The position numbers and the translations under genes were made by a program. A stretch of 64,000 nucleotides of DNA from an uncultured Spirochaetota bacterium (lineage in GTDB: Bacteria; Spirochaetota; Brevinematia; Brevinematales; JAOACQ01), in assembly GCA_963806975.1 (NCBI GenBank), contig CAWEAK010000007.1:56034-120033 (forward strand), in the 5' to 3' direction. Every line of letters begins with the position of its first letter. Within the stretch, counting starts at the first letter, position 1. This document shows positions 17,892 to 27,052 of the stretch, one piece after another. The notes under the pieces were generated by a model, which saw only the letters and a list, made by a program, of their open reading frames with translations, did no database searches and was not told where the DNA came from.

Positions 17892-19314
17892 TTAATTGCT
17901 TCCCTCTTTCCCATAGATTCTTTTAATCGTTCTTATGAATTCATCACTCTCAATAAGTTTGGAGCTCTTAAGAAGAAAATGAGTGACGGCGTCATCCCTT
18001 ACGCCTGAAATGGAATATAACTCTATATTCTGTGGTTTGACTTCATAGCTGTTCATAATCACCTCCATATCTGTCAGTTTGCTGAAAGGTATGGGTTCGA
18101 TATGACGGTAGAAAACAATATAGAAAACGCCTTTGGCGTAAATATAATAATCCGTATGCTTGTACATTAAGTTGAAATGATGGCGTGAAAGGATTTTTCC
18201 ACAGACAGACTCAAAATTTTTCTTCTCATTTTCCTCATTGCTTGTAAAATAATTAGCAAGATAGGTATGCGGAAGGATTTTTTTATATCTTTCGTACATT
18301 ATCCCGGCGTCCTTGAAATCCGGTTTCATCATATATACCCTTTCAAAGTTCTTTAAGGCTGTGAATTCCTTGCCGGTATTCCAGAGAAGGTTGGCATAAA
18401 GATACATCAATTCGGTTTTTGCCTCATCGCTTGCCGGAATCGAGAGGTATTCCGAAACATAATTGATGCCTGAATGATAATCTTTCATTTTGATAAAAAG
18501 GTTTATAATAGAAATCCGGCTGTCTTCCTTTGCTTTCTGAAGAATCTGCCTGTCGGAATCCTGCCAGTCCCTGTTTAAAATGTACTGATAGGCCTGAATG
18601 GCCTCACTGTATTTTTCTTAAACCTTCAAGTATTTTAGCTTTATAAAAAAAAACCTCAAAGTTCTCAAAATCATATTTTTCAAGCAGATTGAATTGTTTA
18701 ATTGCGGAGGAATAGTTTCCGCTCTCAAATAATATTTTTCCATATAAAAAACGGGCGTCAATAAGTCCTCCCTTTAAAACGAGAAGCTTTTCAAGGTATT
18801 CCCTCGCTTTTTTTAGATTTTTATTCCTGTATTGAATCTGCGCAATGTCATAAAGCGCTTCGCTGTTAGATTCATCAAGTTCCAGAAGCATTATATAATA
18901 GGCCAGGGCATCGCGGGGTTTATTTAACTTATCGTAAATCTTGGCGATATGAAGTAAAATGGCGGCGCTCATTTTTTTATTTTTGGATGCATGTACATTT
19001 GCCTCTGTATAATATTTCAGGGCATTGGAAAGGGAATTTATAGACTCATAAGCCTGCGCTAAATAGTAAATCACAAACAACGATTTCTCCTTTTTTTGAG
19101 ACTTATCGTCTTCCAGAATCATTTTAGCATGCTGGATAACCTCGCTGTATTCCTTGTTCTTCAGTTTTCTTGCAAGGATTCTTTCTATTGACTGTGCTAG
19201 AACAATCGAGCGTATTACAATAAAGATTATCCCCAATAATAGGATACCAATAACGGAAAAAATAATTATTAAAAGGTCGTCTTCAATTTTTAAACCTGAA
19301 AAAAGCTGATTCAT
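17892..19314 (-). CDS. Membrane-anchored TPR-repeat protein with a non-TPR C-terminal domain (apparent frameshift)
   Basis: ORFs 18604..19314 and 17892..18488 join as ...KILEGLRK|YSEAIQAYQYILNRD (a canonical TPR helix) at a T5 run, 12 nt into the gap (18612-18616). The region between the ORFs is open in the second frame. Confidence 0.65.
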
Positions 19315-20030
19315 CAGACACCGCCCCAGAGTCTGGATAGATTGGTTTCTATTATCCAGCCTTCATGCCCGTCTAAGGTATTGATTAAAAAGAAGCCGCC
19401 CATTTTATTTTTTATCGAACATTCCATTCCCGGAATAATATCCGTAATCTTCAGCGCTGTAAAGTCCGGCCTCTCAAGAAGCTGAGACTGGTTTATAACA
19501 ACGGCGTTTTTTTTATTGAAAGCTGCGGTATACCTTGCGGCGGATGATAAAATATAAATAATCCCCGCTGTAATCAGAATTATCGATGCCGTTTTTAGCC
19601 TGTTAATAAAAGCTGGAAAAAACCTTGCAAATGATGCTGATAAACCAGTACTTCCAAGCATTAGAAATATTATTCCAAGAAGTGCGTTAACATTAATGTT
19701 CAAGAAGGTAAAAAGGAAAAGTACGGCTGTTTCAATAGGGGACTGCTCAAGAAGGTATGGCGGTATTCCTATAGTGTTTCTTAATGTATTGAGACTGGTT
19801 TTTATATCTCTGTCATTAGAGTTTAACAAATATGACCTTTTCAAATTTAGTATTGCTTTGCCTGTATTTCCATTTTCAGCATAAAGAATGCCGAGGTTGT
19901 AAAATATTTTAGAATCGTAGTATTTTTTTGAAAGATTTTCAAGCTGTGAAATATCTGAAATACTTTGTCCTGAGATTTTAGTTATAATGATTAAATTAAA
20001 AAATAAAATAAAAAGAATAACTTTTTTCAT
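19314..20030 (-). CDS. TPR / TM / SH3-like domain membrane protein (BatE-like architecture)
   Basis: Signal peptide, one or two TPR units, three hydrophobic segments and a C-terminal SH3b-like segment (GMECSIKNKMGGFFLINTLDGHEGWIIETNL). The BatE analogy is from memory. Confidence 0.45.
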   Translation of the reverse strand: MKKVILFILFFNLIIITKISGQSISDISQLENLSKKYYDSKIFYNLGILYAENGNTGKAILNLKRSYLLNSNDRDIKTSLNTLRNTIGIPPYLLEQSPIETAVLFLFTFLNINVNALLGIIFLMLGSTGLSASFARFFPAFINRLKTASIILITAGIIYILSSAARYTAAFNKKNAVVINQSQLLERPDFTALKITDIIPGMECSIKNKMGGFFLINTLDGHEGWIIETNLSRLWGGV

Positions 20031-20031
20031 T

Positions 20032-20757
20032 TTAATTTTTCCCCTGTTTATTCTGTGTCAAAAGATTTTCATTATATATCTTCAGCGCCTTTTTTGCTTC
20101 TTTAATTGACAGATTAAGAGATTCTTCAGGATTTTCGCAGATTGCCCCATGCCCGGGAAACATTCTGTTTGCCTTATAAGTATTGAGTCTCTCAAGAGAG
20201 TTTATATAATCCCCATAGCTTCCCGAATCTGAAATCTTTGAAATAACTCCATGCGCAAAAACAGTATCACCCGTGAACATAAATCGTTTAAACGGTTCAT
20301 AAAGACAAATACACCCGGATGTGTGCCCCGGTGTATGAAGTACCTTTAATTTATAATTTCCAAAATCAAAGAGCACTCTTGTTTCAAGCCATATATTTAT
20401 CTTTGTTTTAATTGATTCTTCACCATGGACTGCAGCATGAATTACATATTCATCCTGCAGTTCTATTTTTGTTGCAGCGAAACGGTCTGCCGCAAGTATT
20501 GCAGTTTCGTAGAAAAACCCAATACCGCCGATATGGTCATAATGTTCATGCGTGCAGAGAACAAGATGGATGTCGCTTATTTTTAGCCCGACTTTGGTCA
20601 TTGATTGAACTATATTATTAAAATTACTCCTGGTTCCCGTATCAATCAGAACATTTTTATAGATACCTTTTATCAGGTAAGAATGTGAACTTGGCCTAGT
20701 ACCGTAAATAATAAATATATTCTCTTCTATTTCATCCAATATTTTTTCGTTCCCCAT
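20032..20757 (-). CDS. MBL-fold metallo-hydrolase
   Basis: LCTHEHYDHIGG (HxHxDH motif). Confidence 0.85.
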   Translation of the reverse strand: MGNEKILDEIEENIFIIYGTRPSSHSYLIKGIYKNVLIDTGTRSNFNNIVQSMTKVGLKISDIHLVLCTHEHYDHIGGIGFFYETAILAADRFAATKIELQDEYVIHAAVHGEESIKTKINIWLETRVLFDFGNYKLKVLHTPGHTSGCICLYEPFKRFMFTGDTVFAHGVISKISDSGSYGDYINSLERLNTYKANRMFPGHGAICENPEESLNLSIKEAKKALKIYNENLLTQNKQGKN

Positions 20758-22489
20758 TCGTAATACCCTCTATATTTTTGAGAAGTCTGTATATCTTTTT
20801 ATCAAGCTGGGCTTTATCAAATTTATCATATCTTTCAAAGATAACCCTATCCTTCATGAAATACCTGCCCAAAAATGTCCATTCCGATGTATCTATGGCT
20901 TCAAAAATGGATTTGTCGGATTTCAGCTGTTTAATAAAATTTCCAAGCTGTAAAATACTCGTCATGATTTTATCAATTTTATTGGAATCTATCAACTGGT
21001 TGTCAAATAGTTTTTTTCTATCTATTTTTTGACCGTTTTTTTTCAGCTTTTTTACCCATTCACCAAGTCCTTCATTGGTAAAATTTTTAATAACAGCCCC
21101 TGTTTCAGTTGTATTGATGAGAGGAATATCTGGATTCAATCTTATTATGTTTTTAGCGGATTCTTCAAACCAGCCCCTGAAATTATTCAATACGAAATCG
21201 GTTGTAATATCTTCCATAGATTTATTATTTATATTAAAGCCATTTACCTGTATTAATTTTCTTGACAGGAGAATTTTTAAGAATGTACTCTGGATAGGAT
21301 TGAGACGGTTATTTTTTTGAAGCATCCGATAAAAATGCGAAGTGGACGTGGAATGAGTTGTTTTATAAGAATATGCCAGGTCCTGACCTGTCAATAGGAT
21401 TGGGTTTCCTCCTATTGAATAGGCGAAATGAAAGGCCGATGTTGAAACTGAGCCGCCGGATTCAATATCCCCTATTTTTATACCTCCTGTCATTTCTATC
21501 CAGTTTACGAACTCATTTTTTATTAAGAAAGGATTGCCTCCGTAATCAAAATCAAGATGGGCCGTATTTGTTATAAAATTTCCTGTTAAATTATTTTCAC
21601 TTATCTTCTGGCGGCAGTTCGTAAAGAATTCAGGAAGCGCCGGGTTAACTACTATATCGTAAACAAGACCGATTTTTGACAGATAAGTCCTGTCTATCTG
21701 AGAGAAATCGCTTAAATTATGCACCTGAGAATCCAATGAGTAAACAAAATCCGGGATAATTCCCGCCTCAAAAAGCGGCAATAAGGCGGTATCGGCAGCA
21801 ATCGTCACACAATAATCTTTTATATCATTTATCATATTAAGCGAACTTTTAAGTGAAGGGCCTGCGGAGACTATTAATACAGGAATTTTAAGTTTTTTAA
21901 AAAAAAGCTGATGAACCGGGTAAGAGTTTTTGAGATTAGGAATGTTTTTAAGAATGTTAATAAACCATATTTCCTCAAAGTTAAGACGAGTAGAAAAGTC
22001 TCCCAGTTTAACTTTTAATATCCTTTCGATCCTTTCTTCGAATGGCGCATAAAATTCTTTTTTATACCCGCCTCTTAAAACGACGGTCTTTATATTCCTG
22101 AAATTTTGAATTTCAATTAAGGAAAAGATATTGTCAAGCTTCTCGGCGCTGTCTTCCGGTGAAATAATAAAATGCGTCTGGCTGATACGGTAGATTTTTT
22201 GAAAAATATTAAATATTTTTGGATTTTTTTCTATTATTAGAATATTCTTAAAGCCATTTTTTTCAAGGATTTCAATATGATAGCCAAAGCCTGAACCAAG
22301 GATAATTATAAGCGTCTCTTCCCTGTCAAGATTTAAGATATTTTCAACCAATCTTGTAGCCTCTTTGGAAGGTGAATAAAAGCTGTGAACGTATTGTCCT
22401 TCTATTTTAATTGTAAAAAGTCCGTCCTTCGCTGTAATAATTTCCTTATCAATAAGGGCTTTTTCCTTTAAGGCTTTATAATCGATCAT
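20732..22489 (-). CDS. Motility-accessory-factor (Maf, DUF115/MptE-like) glycosyltransferase family protein
   Basis: Central VLIVSAGPSLKSS...ADTALLPL..GIIPDFVYSLDSQ block, characteristic of DUF115. Confidence 0.65.
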   Translation of the reverse strand: MIDYKALKEKALIDKEIITAKDGLFTIKIEGQYVHSFYSPSKEATRLVENILNLDREETLIIILGSGFGYHIEILEKNGFKNILIIEKNPKIFNIFQKIYRISQTHFIISPEDSAEKLDNIFSLIEIQNFRNIKTVVLRGGYKKEFYAPFEERIERILKVKLGDFSTRLNFEEIWFINILKNIPNLKNSYPVHQLFFKKLKIPVLIVSAGPSLKSSLNMINDIKDYCVTIAADTALLPLFEAGIIPDFVYSLDSQVHNLSDFSQIDRTYLSKIGLVYDIVVNPALPEFFTNCRQKISENNLTGNFITNTAHLDFDYGGNPFLIKNEFVNWIEMTGGIKIGDIESGGSVSTSAFHFAYSIGGNPILLTGQDLAYSYKTTHSTSTSHFYRMLQKNNRLNPIQSTFLKILLSRKLIQVNGFNINNKSMEDITTDFVLNNFRGWFEESAKNIIRLNPDIPLINTTETGAVIKNFTNEGLGEWVKKLKKNGQKIDRKKLFDNQLIDSNKIDKIMTSILQLGNFIKQLKSDKSIFEAIDTSEWTFLGRYFMKDRVIFERYDKFDKAQLDKKIYRLLKNIEGITNGERKNIG

Positions 22490-22502
22490 TATTAGTTCCT
22501 AA

Positions 22503-23060
22503 TTAAATTGGAATCCAGAGAGTGACATTTATTCCTATCAGGGCGCTTATAAGCCCGAGTATCACACCGGCAAGCACATCGGTCGGATAATGCAGTCCAA
22601 GATAAATCCTTGAGAATGAAATAATTGTTGCAATAATAAGCATTGGGATAAATAAAACAGGGTAAAAATAATAAAAAACAAATGCTATAGTAAAAGCCCC
22701 AGCTGTATGTCCTGAGGGAAACGAAAACCTGTCAGGAGGTGCTATTACATTTGAAATTTCGTCATAACGCACAAACGGCCTCTGGCGGCTGAAGATACGT
22801 TTGATGATAGTCTGGAGAAGGACCTGTGTTATGGATGAGATTGTCAATGCCAGACCGGCATATATGTCAATCGCTAAAAATACAACGCAGAGGATAAACC
22901 AGGCCATACCGTCGCCTAATCTCGACATCAATTTCATAAAAGCCGTGAATGATTTAATTCTTCTATTTGAGAGAAATTGGACCAGATTTTTATCGATGTA
23001 GCGCCAGCGGATTTTTCTTCTTATCCTGCCTTTTTTTGCCAGTTTTTCTCTTCTGCTCAA
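22503..23060 (-). CDS. PAP2-family phosphatase
   Basis: R.RP...SFPSGHTAGAF...SRIYLGLHYPTDVLAG (the three PAP2 motifs). Confidence 0.8.
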   Translation of the reverse strand: MSRREKLAKKGRIRRKIRWRYIDKNLVQFLSNRRIKSFTAFMKLMSRLGDGMAWFILCVVFLAIDIYAGLALTISSITQVLLQTIIKRIFSRQRPFVRYDEISNVIAPPDRFSFPSGHTAGAFTIAFVFYYFYPVLFIPMLIIATIISFSRIYLGLHYPTDVLAGVILGLISALIGINVTLWIPI

Positions 23061-23072
23061 TATTGTCTCCTA

Positions 23073-23501
23073 TTATATTTTCGTTATAAAATCTTCAACA
23101 TTATCAGGAATAACAACATTCTTAGTTAAATTTTCAGGTGGTTTGACTATCTTTTTAGTCTCTTTTGAAATGAAGGCATGTTCAGTAAAACCAGCGCAGA
23201 TCAATTCTTTTTCTTTTCTGAACATCTTATAATCAATCCGGATTCTAGGTCCGCTTAATTTTGTAACTGTTGATTGGATTTTTATTTCATCATCATAATA
23301 ACATGGCGAAATGTATCTGGCAAAGGCCTTAACTACAGGCAATAAATATCCTTTTTCCTCCAGGTCGAGATAACGAACACCTGTGCTTCGCAGTAATTCG
23401 GTTCTTCCTATTTCCATCCATATAAAATAATTGGCATAATAGACAACTCCCATATTATCGGTTTCGGCGTATCTTACCCTGATTTTTGTGGTTTCAGTCA
23501 T
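23073..23501 (-). CDS. YbgC/4HBT-family acyl-CoA thioesterase
   Basis: VRYAETDNMGVVYYANYFIWMEIGRTELLR hotdog-fold signature. Confidence 0.85.
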   Translation of the reverse strand: MTETTKIRVRYAETDNMGVVYYANYFIWMEIGRTELLRSTGVRYLDLEEKGYLLPVVKAFARYISPCYYDDEIKIQSTVTKLSGPRIRIDYKMFRKEKELICAGFTEHAFISKETKKIVKPPENLTKNVVIPDNVEDFITKI

Positions 23502-23657
23502 AATCTCTCCGTAATAATATTGAATGTTTTGACGGTTTATATTTAACGGCTAATTTGTCTATTAAGTTAAAGGAAGGCTAAAAGAGCATTATTGTATCAC
23601 AATAATTGATTTGTCTCAACAAGTATTTGGTTTGGATTAAACACACAAATTATAAAA

Positions 23658-24491
23658 CTATTTTTCCGGGAAGTAAGAAATTTCCTCAAGCATCATTATA
23701 TACCCCATAGACTGAAATTTTACTATAAATTTTTTATCCGAATCATCAACCCAGAAATATGTATCTTTTGCGATAGATTCCATTAGTTTTCCCAGAAAAG
23801 GGTCTGCGGCCACAAAATGATACTTATGTGTGTTAAAAGTACCGGCTTTTGTATTGATTTTTTCTTTTCCCATATTCCTGTATATCACAGGAAGCGGGTC
23901 TTTCAAAAATTCGGGAATTATATAATAAGCAACTCCCGGTCTGGAAATATCCATAAATCTTGGGCCGAAGAAACTTCCCGAAATCATATCCCATACCGGA
24001 TAACCCGGTTTAAGATTAATTCTTTCCTTTCGTGCCTTCACTTCATATCCATTCCATAGTTTGTTTTCAGCCTCAAATACTCCATCGGTACTATTTATCC
24101 TGTAATGCCAGTAAAACTGTTCACTAAAAACGGAAGGCTCGTTATCCCGGTTTCTGTTTGTACTGTAAGTTCCCTCAGATTCAATAAGAGAACCTTCGTT
24201 TAAGGAAACTAAATAATGTACAAGATAATTCGTATAATAAGACGGTAACTTTTCATTTTTTCCGGGGCTTATACCCTGTTGATAGATTTTAGCATATTTG
24301 CTCTGATTGGATATTATTTTTGTTACAAAATAAACATCTTTATTCTTTTCCCCGCCGGCATATTGTACATAATGTAGGAATTCACCGTCCTTTATGGCCA
24401 GATTTGCTGAGGAGTTTAAAGGTAAATAGGTTAATTTGCCGCAGCTAAACATCGTCAATAATGCTATGTTTATTAATATTATTTTCGACAT
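23658..24491 (-). CDS. Lipoprotein of unknown function, paralog of 14389..15210
   Basis: Lipobox LTMFSCG. Conserved blocks are shared with the paralog (see that entry). Confidence 0.5.
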   Translation of the reverse strand: MSKIILINIALLTMFSCGKLTYLPLNSSANLAIKDGEFLHYVQYAGGEKNKDVYFVTKIISNQSKYAKIYQQGISPGKNEKLPSYYTNYLVHYLVSLNEGSLIESEGTYSTNRNRDNEPSVFSEQFYWHYRINSTDGVFEAENKLWNGYEVKARKERINLKPGYPVWDMISGSFFGPRFMDISRPGVAYYIIPEFLKDPLPVIYRNMGKEKINTKAGTFNTHKYHFVAADPFLGKLMESIAKDTYFWVDDSDKKFIVKFQSMGYIMMLEEISYFPEK

Positions 24492-24689
24492 ATAAATCCT
24501 ACCAAAATTAATTTTAATGCCTTGATTCGCAAGTCAATATTACAAGTTTACATGCATATAAAACCGGTTTACGAGTTTTATATCTTTATAAATATGACAT
24601 ATTCCGTATTGAAAAGCAATAGAGCCAAGGACTCATTTTTGGATTGATGCCCCATATTGACCGGGATAGCGTATTCATCAGGGAAAGCG

Positions 24690-25025
24690 TCAATCAATTT
24701 TATGCATTTCCCAGACTGTTCCTTTAACATCAGGACAATGAATTTTAAATACCTTGTAATTCTCGGAATTCCAGGAAGGGAAACCCAGCACTGCTCTCCA
24801 GGTATATAAATCCAGTACATGCAATAGGGCTTCACATACATTAGCCGGCCTTTTATACGGATTATCATAGATAAATTTATCCCCGATATTATGCCTGCAT
24901 TCCTCGTTTTTTTCAACCATTTTTATTTCAATTCTGCCCAAAGATTTCCAAAATTCTTTGTAATCGTCATGGTTTTTTAATTTTGAAATATCGAGATTCA
25001 GGTCGATTTTTTCTTTTTTTCCCAT
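24690..25025 (-). CDS. TIGR04076-like small Cys-containing protein
   Basis: ECRHNIGDKF...P..VCEALLHVL........HCPDVKGTVWEMHKI resembles the TIGR04076 pattern (C..h.vGd.f...P.g.C..A...l...CPD....v.f.i.r). Recalled from memory. Confidence 0.5.
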   Translation of the reverse strand: MGKKEKIDLNLDISKLKNHDDYKEFWKSLGRIEIKMVEKNEECRHNIGDKFIYDNPYKRPANVCEALLHVLDLYTWRAVLGFPSWNSENYKVFKIHCPDVKGTVWEMHKID

Positions 25026-25039
25026 AATATAACTCCTAT

Positions 25040-25996
25040 TTATTTAAATTCATCAAATCTATTTTCGATTCTGTTGATGATAAATGTGATCCAGCGGCTT
25101 GGCTCTGTTTTTTGTCCGAAGTCAAAACCGGAATAAAAATTAACGATGGATTCGGCATAGAATTTTCCTTCTTTAGCTTTTTCAAGTACTTTATTTGTCA
25201 TATTCTGAAAACCTTTGTTTTTTAAAGCATAAGGAAACAAAGAGAGCACATCAAGGACTCTCAAAATACCGTATTTTACTGCTGGATATTTTAATTTGTT
25301 AAAATCTGTTCCTATACCGAAACCATAAGGCCTCCATTTTTCATCCCGTCTGTCCCAGTGATTTAATAATAAATCAATAGCCCCGTCAAACCTGGAATCT
25401 TTCCTATATTCCTCATATTGACCCAACAACATCAATATATTAAGATTAGCCATCGGACACGATTCGCTATCTTGCAGTGCCTGCCCGACAGCCCGTTGTC
25501 TGGCGCAATGCCATCCTCCGTCAAGCCTCTGCGATTTTAAAATAATTTCAATAAATTTTTGTAATCTTGGTTCATCACAACAATCCATTTTTTTCAATGA
25601 AGATAAGAGAATTGTTGGAATACAATAAAAACCGGATTTCATTTCTTTAGTAGTAACAAAGGTTCCGTCCGGCGACTGAAGATCATAAACTGCCTTTGCT
25701 TCTTTTTCAAGTTGAAGGTCATTAACTGTTAGTCCAATGTCTGCAAGGAAAAAGAGATTCCAGTATATTCTGCCTTTGTAAGAAAGAGCGCCGGTTTTTA
25801 GAGCGGGAAGCCCAAGGTTATTATCTTTCAGTTCAGATAAAATATTTTTGATTGAATCATCAAACAATACAGCTTCAACTAATGGTTTTTTATTTAGTAG
25901 CTGTAATTCAACCGCATATTTTAACCATATCGGACCTTCGAGAAGCCAATCAATAATTTCATGCTTCAATTTATTTCCCCTTATTTTAAAATTCAA
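25040..25996 (-). CDS. Alpha/alpha-toroid (prenyltransferase / squalene-cyclase-repeat-like) protein
   Basis: QSPDGTF and SQRLDGGWH repeats are typical of the Q..DGGW motif in terpenoid cyclase / prenyltransferase beta-subunit folds. 4-nt overlap with the upstream MBL gene. Confidence 0.45.
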   Translation of the reverse strand: MNFKIRGNKLKHEIIDWLLEGPIWLKYAVELQLLNKKPLVEAVLFDDSIKNILSELKDNNLGLPALKTGALSYKGRIYWNLFFLADIGLTVNDLQLEKEAKAVYDLQSPDGTFVTTKEMKSGFYCIPTILLSSLKKMDCCDEPRLQKFIEIILKSQRLDGGWHCARQRAVGQALQDSESCPMANLNILMLLGQYEEYRKDSRFDGAIDLLLNHWDRRDEKWRPYGFGIGTDFNKLKYPAVKYGILRVLDVLSLFPYALKNKGFQNMTNKVLEKAKEGKFYAESIVNFYSGFDFGQKTEPSRWITFIINRIENRFDEFK

Positions 25997-26778
25997 GGTT
26001 CATAAACTTCGCCGTCGTTAAGTATTTTTACTTTTGATAAAAGTCCTTTTTTACTGAGATAATCTTTCAGCTTATTGCGTGTCAAAAGACAATGATTAAA
26101 AGCCTCCATGTGCACAACCGCTATCTTAGTATCCGGAGCATATTTACACACATTTATAATATCGGTTTCATTCATTGTTATTGAACGGCCTAAAGGCAAT
26201 TGAGCCGCTCCTGCATAGAGAATCATAATATCAGGCTTTTGATCCAGCGCCCTTTTTACAAAAGGACACCATACGGTATCGCCTGAAATATAAATTGAGG
26301 ACGATGAACTCCCAGCTTCATTATATTTTAAAATAAAACCCGAACCTTTTCCCAGGATTTGTCTTATTATTATTCCGCCATGACGGCATTCTGTCCGGGT
26401 AATATTAACGCCTTCCCAGGTGATATCCTTTTCTACAGGATAAAGATTTTTGAAGCCCTTATTTTTTAATTTGTGCGAATCTGCAGGTTGGCAGATAACC
26501 GGAAGGTTCTTAGGTAATATTGTATTTTCATCCGTACATTCATAAAAATGATCGGAATGCAGATGTGTAATTAATAATGCATCAAGAGAATTTAAAATTT
26601 CTTTTAATTCAGCTTTGCTGACAGGCAGCTCAACCAATGGATTATTTTTCCCCCTTCCATTTTTTAATGTCGGGAATGGTTTTTGGACTCCTGCCGGAAT
26701 CAGCAAAGGGTCTACAAGGATATTTTTATTACCAAAAGAAATCAACATAGTGGCATGTCTTAAAAAGCGTATTTTCAT
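25993..26778 (-). CDS. MBL-fold metallo-hydrolase
   Basis: LLITHLHSDHF motif. 261 aa. Confidence 0.8.
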   Translation of the reverse strand: MKIRFLRHATMLISFGNKNILVDPLLIPAGVQKPFPTLKNGRGKNNPLVELPVSKAELKEILNSLDALLITHLHSDHFYECTDENTILPKNLPVICQPADSHKLKNKGFKNLYPVEKDITWEGVNITRTECRHGGIIIRQILGKGSGFILKYNEAGSSSSSIYISGDTVWCPFVKRALDQKPDIMILYAGAAQLPLGRSITMNETDIINVCKYAPDTKIAVVHMEAFNHCLLTRNKLKDYLSKKGLLSKVKILNDGEVYEP

Positions 26779-27052
26779 ATGATAACTCTTTAGGATTCAA
26801 AATTATTCACTGATCTATTCAGAATTGCACATTCTTTATACTTTTTCTAATAATTTTAACAATATAATTAAATAAAAAAACCTATTAAATTATTATATAT
26901 TATAATGAGTTATCCCCATTTTGACAATTATTTTATGATATGATATACTTGATTTATAACCTTTCTTTAACTATTTCGATAGTAGTACTTTTGCTGATTT
27001 ATTATGAAATATAAAATTATATGAATCCAATGATAGTTTTACGGAGTGAAGT

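Noticed and set aside
24578-24916. 112-aa minus-strand ORF
   Set aside because: It overlaps the TIGR04076-like gene in another frame, and the TIGR04076-like frame carries the conserved Cys pattern.
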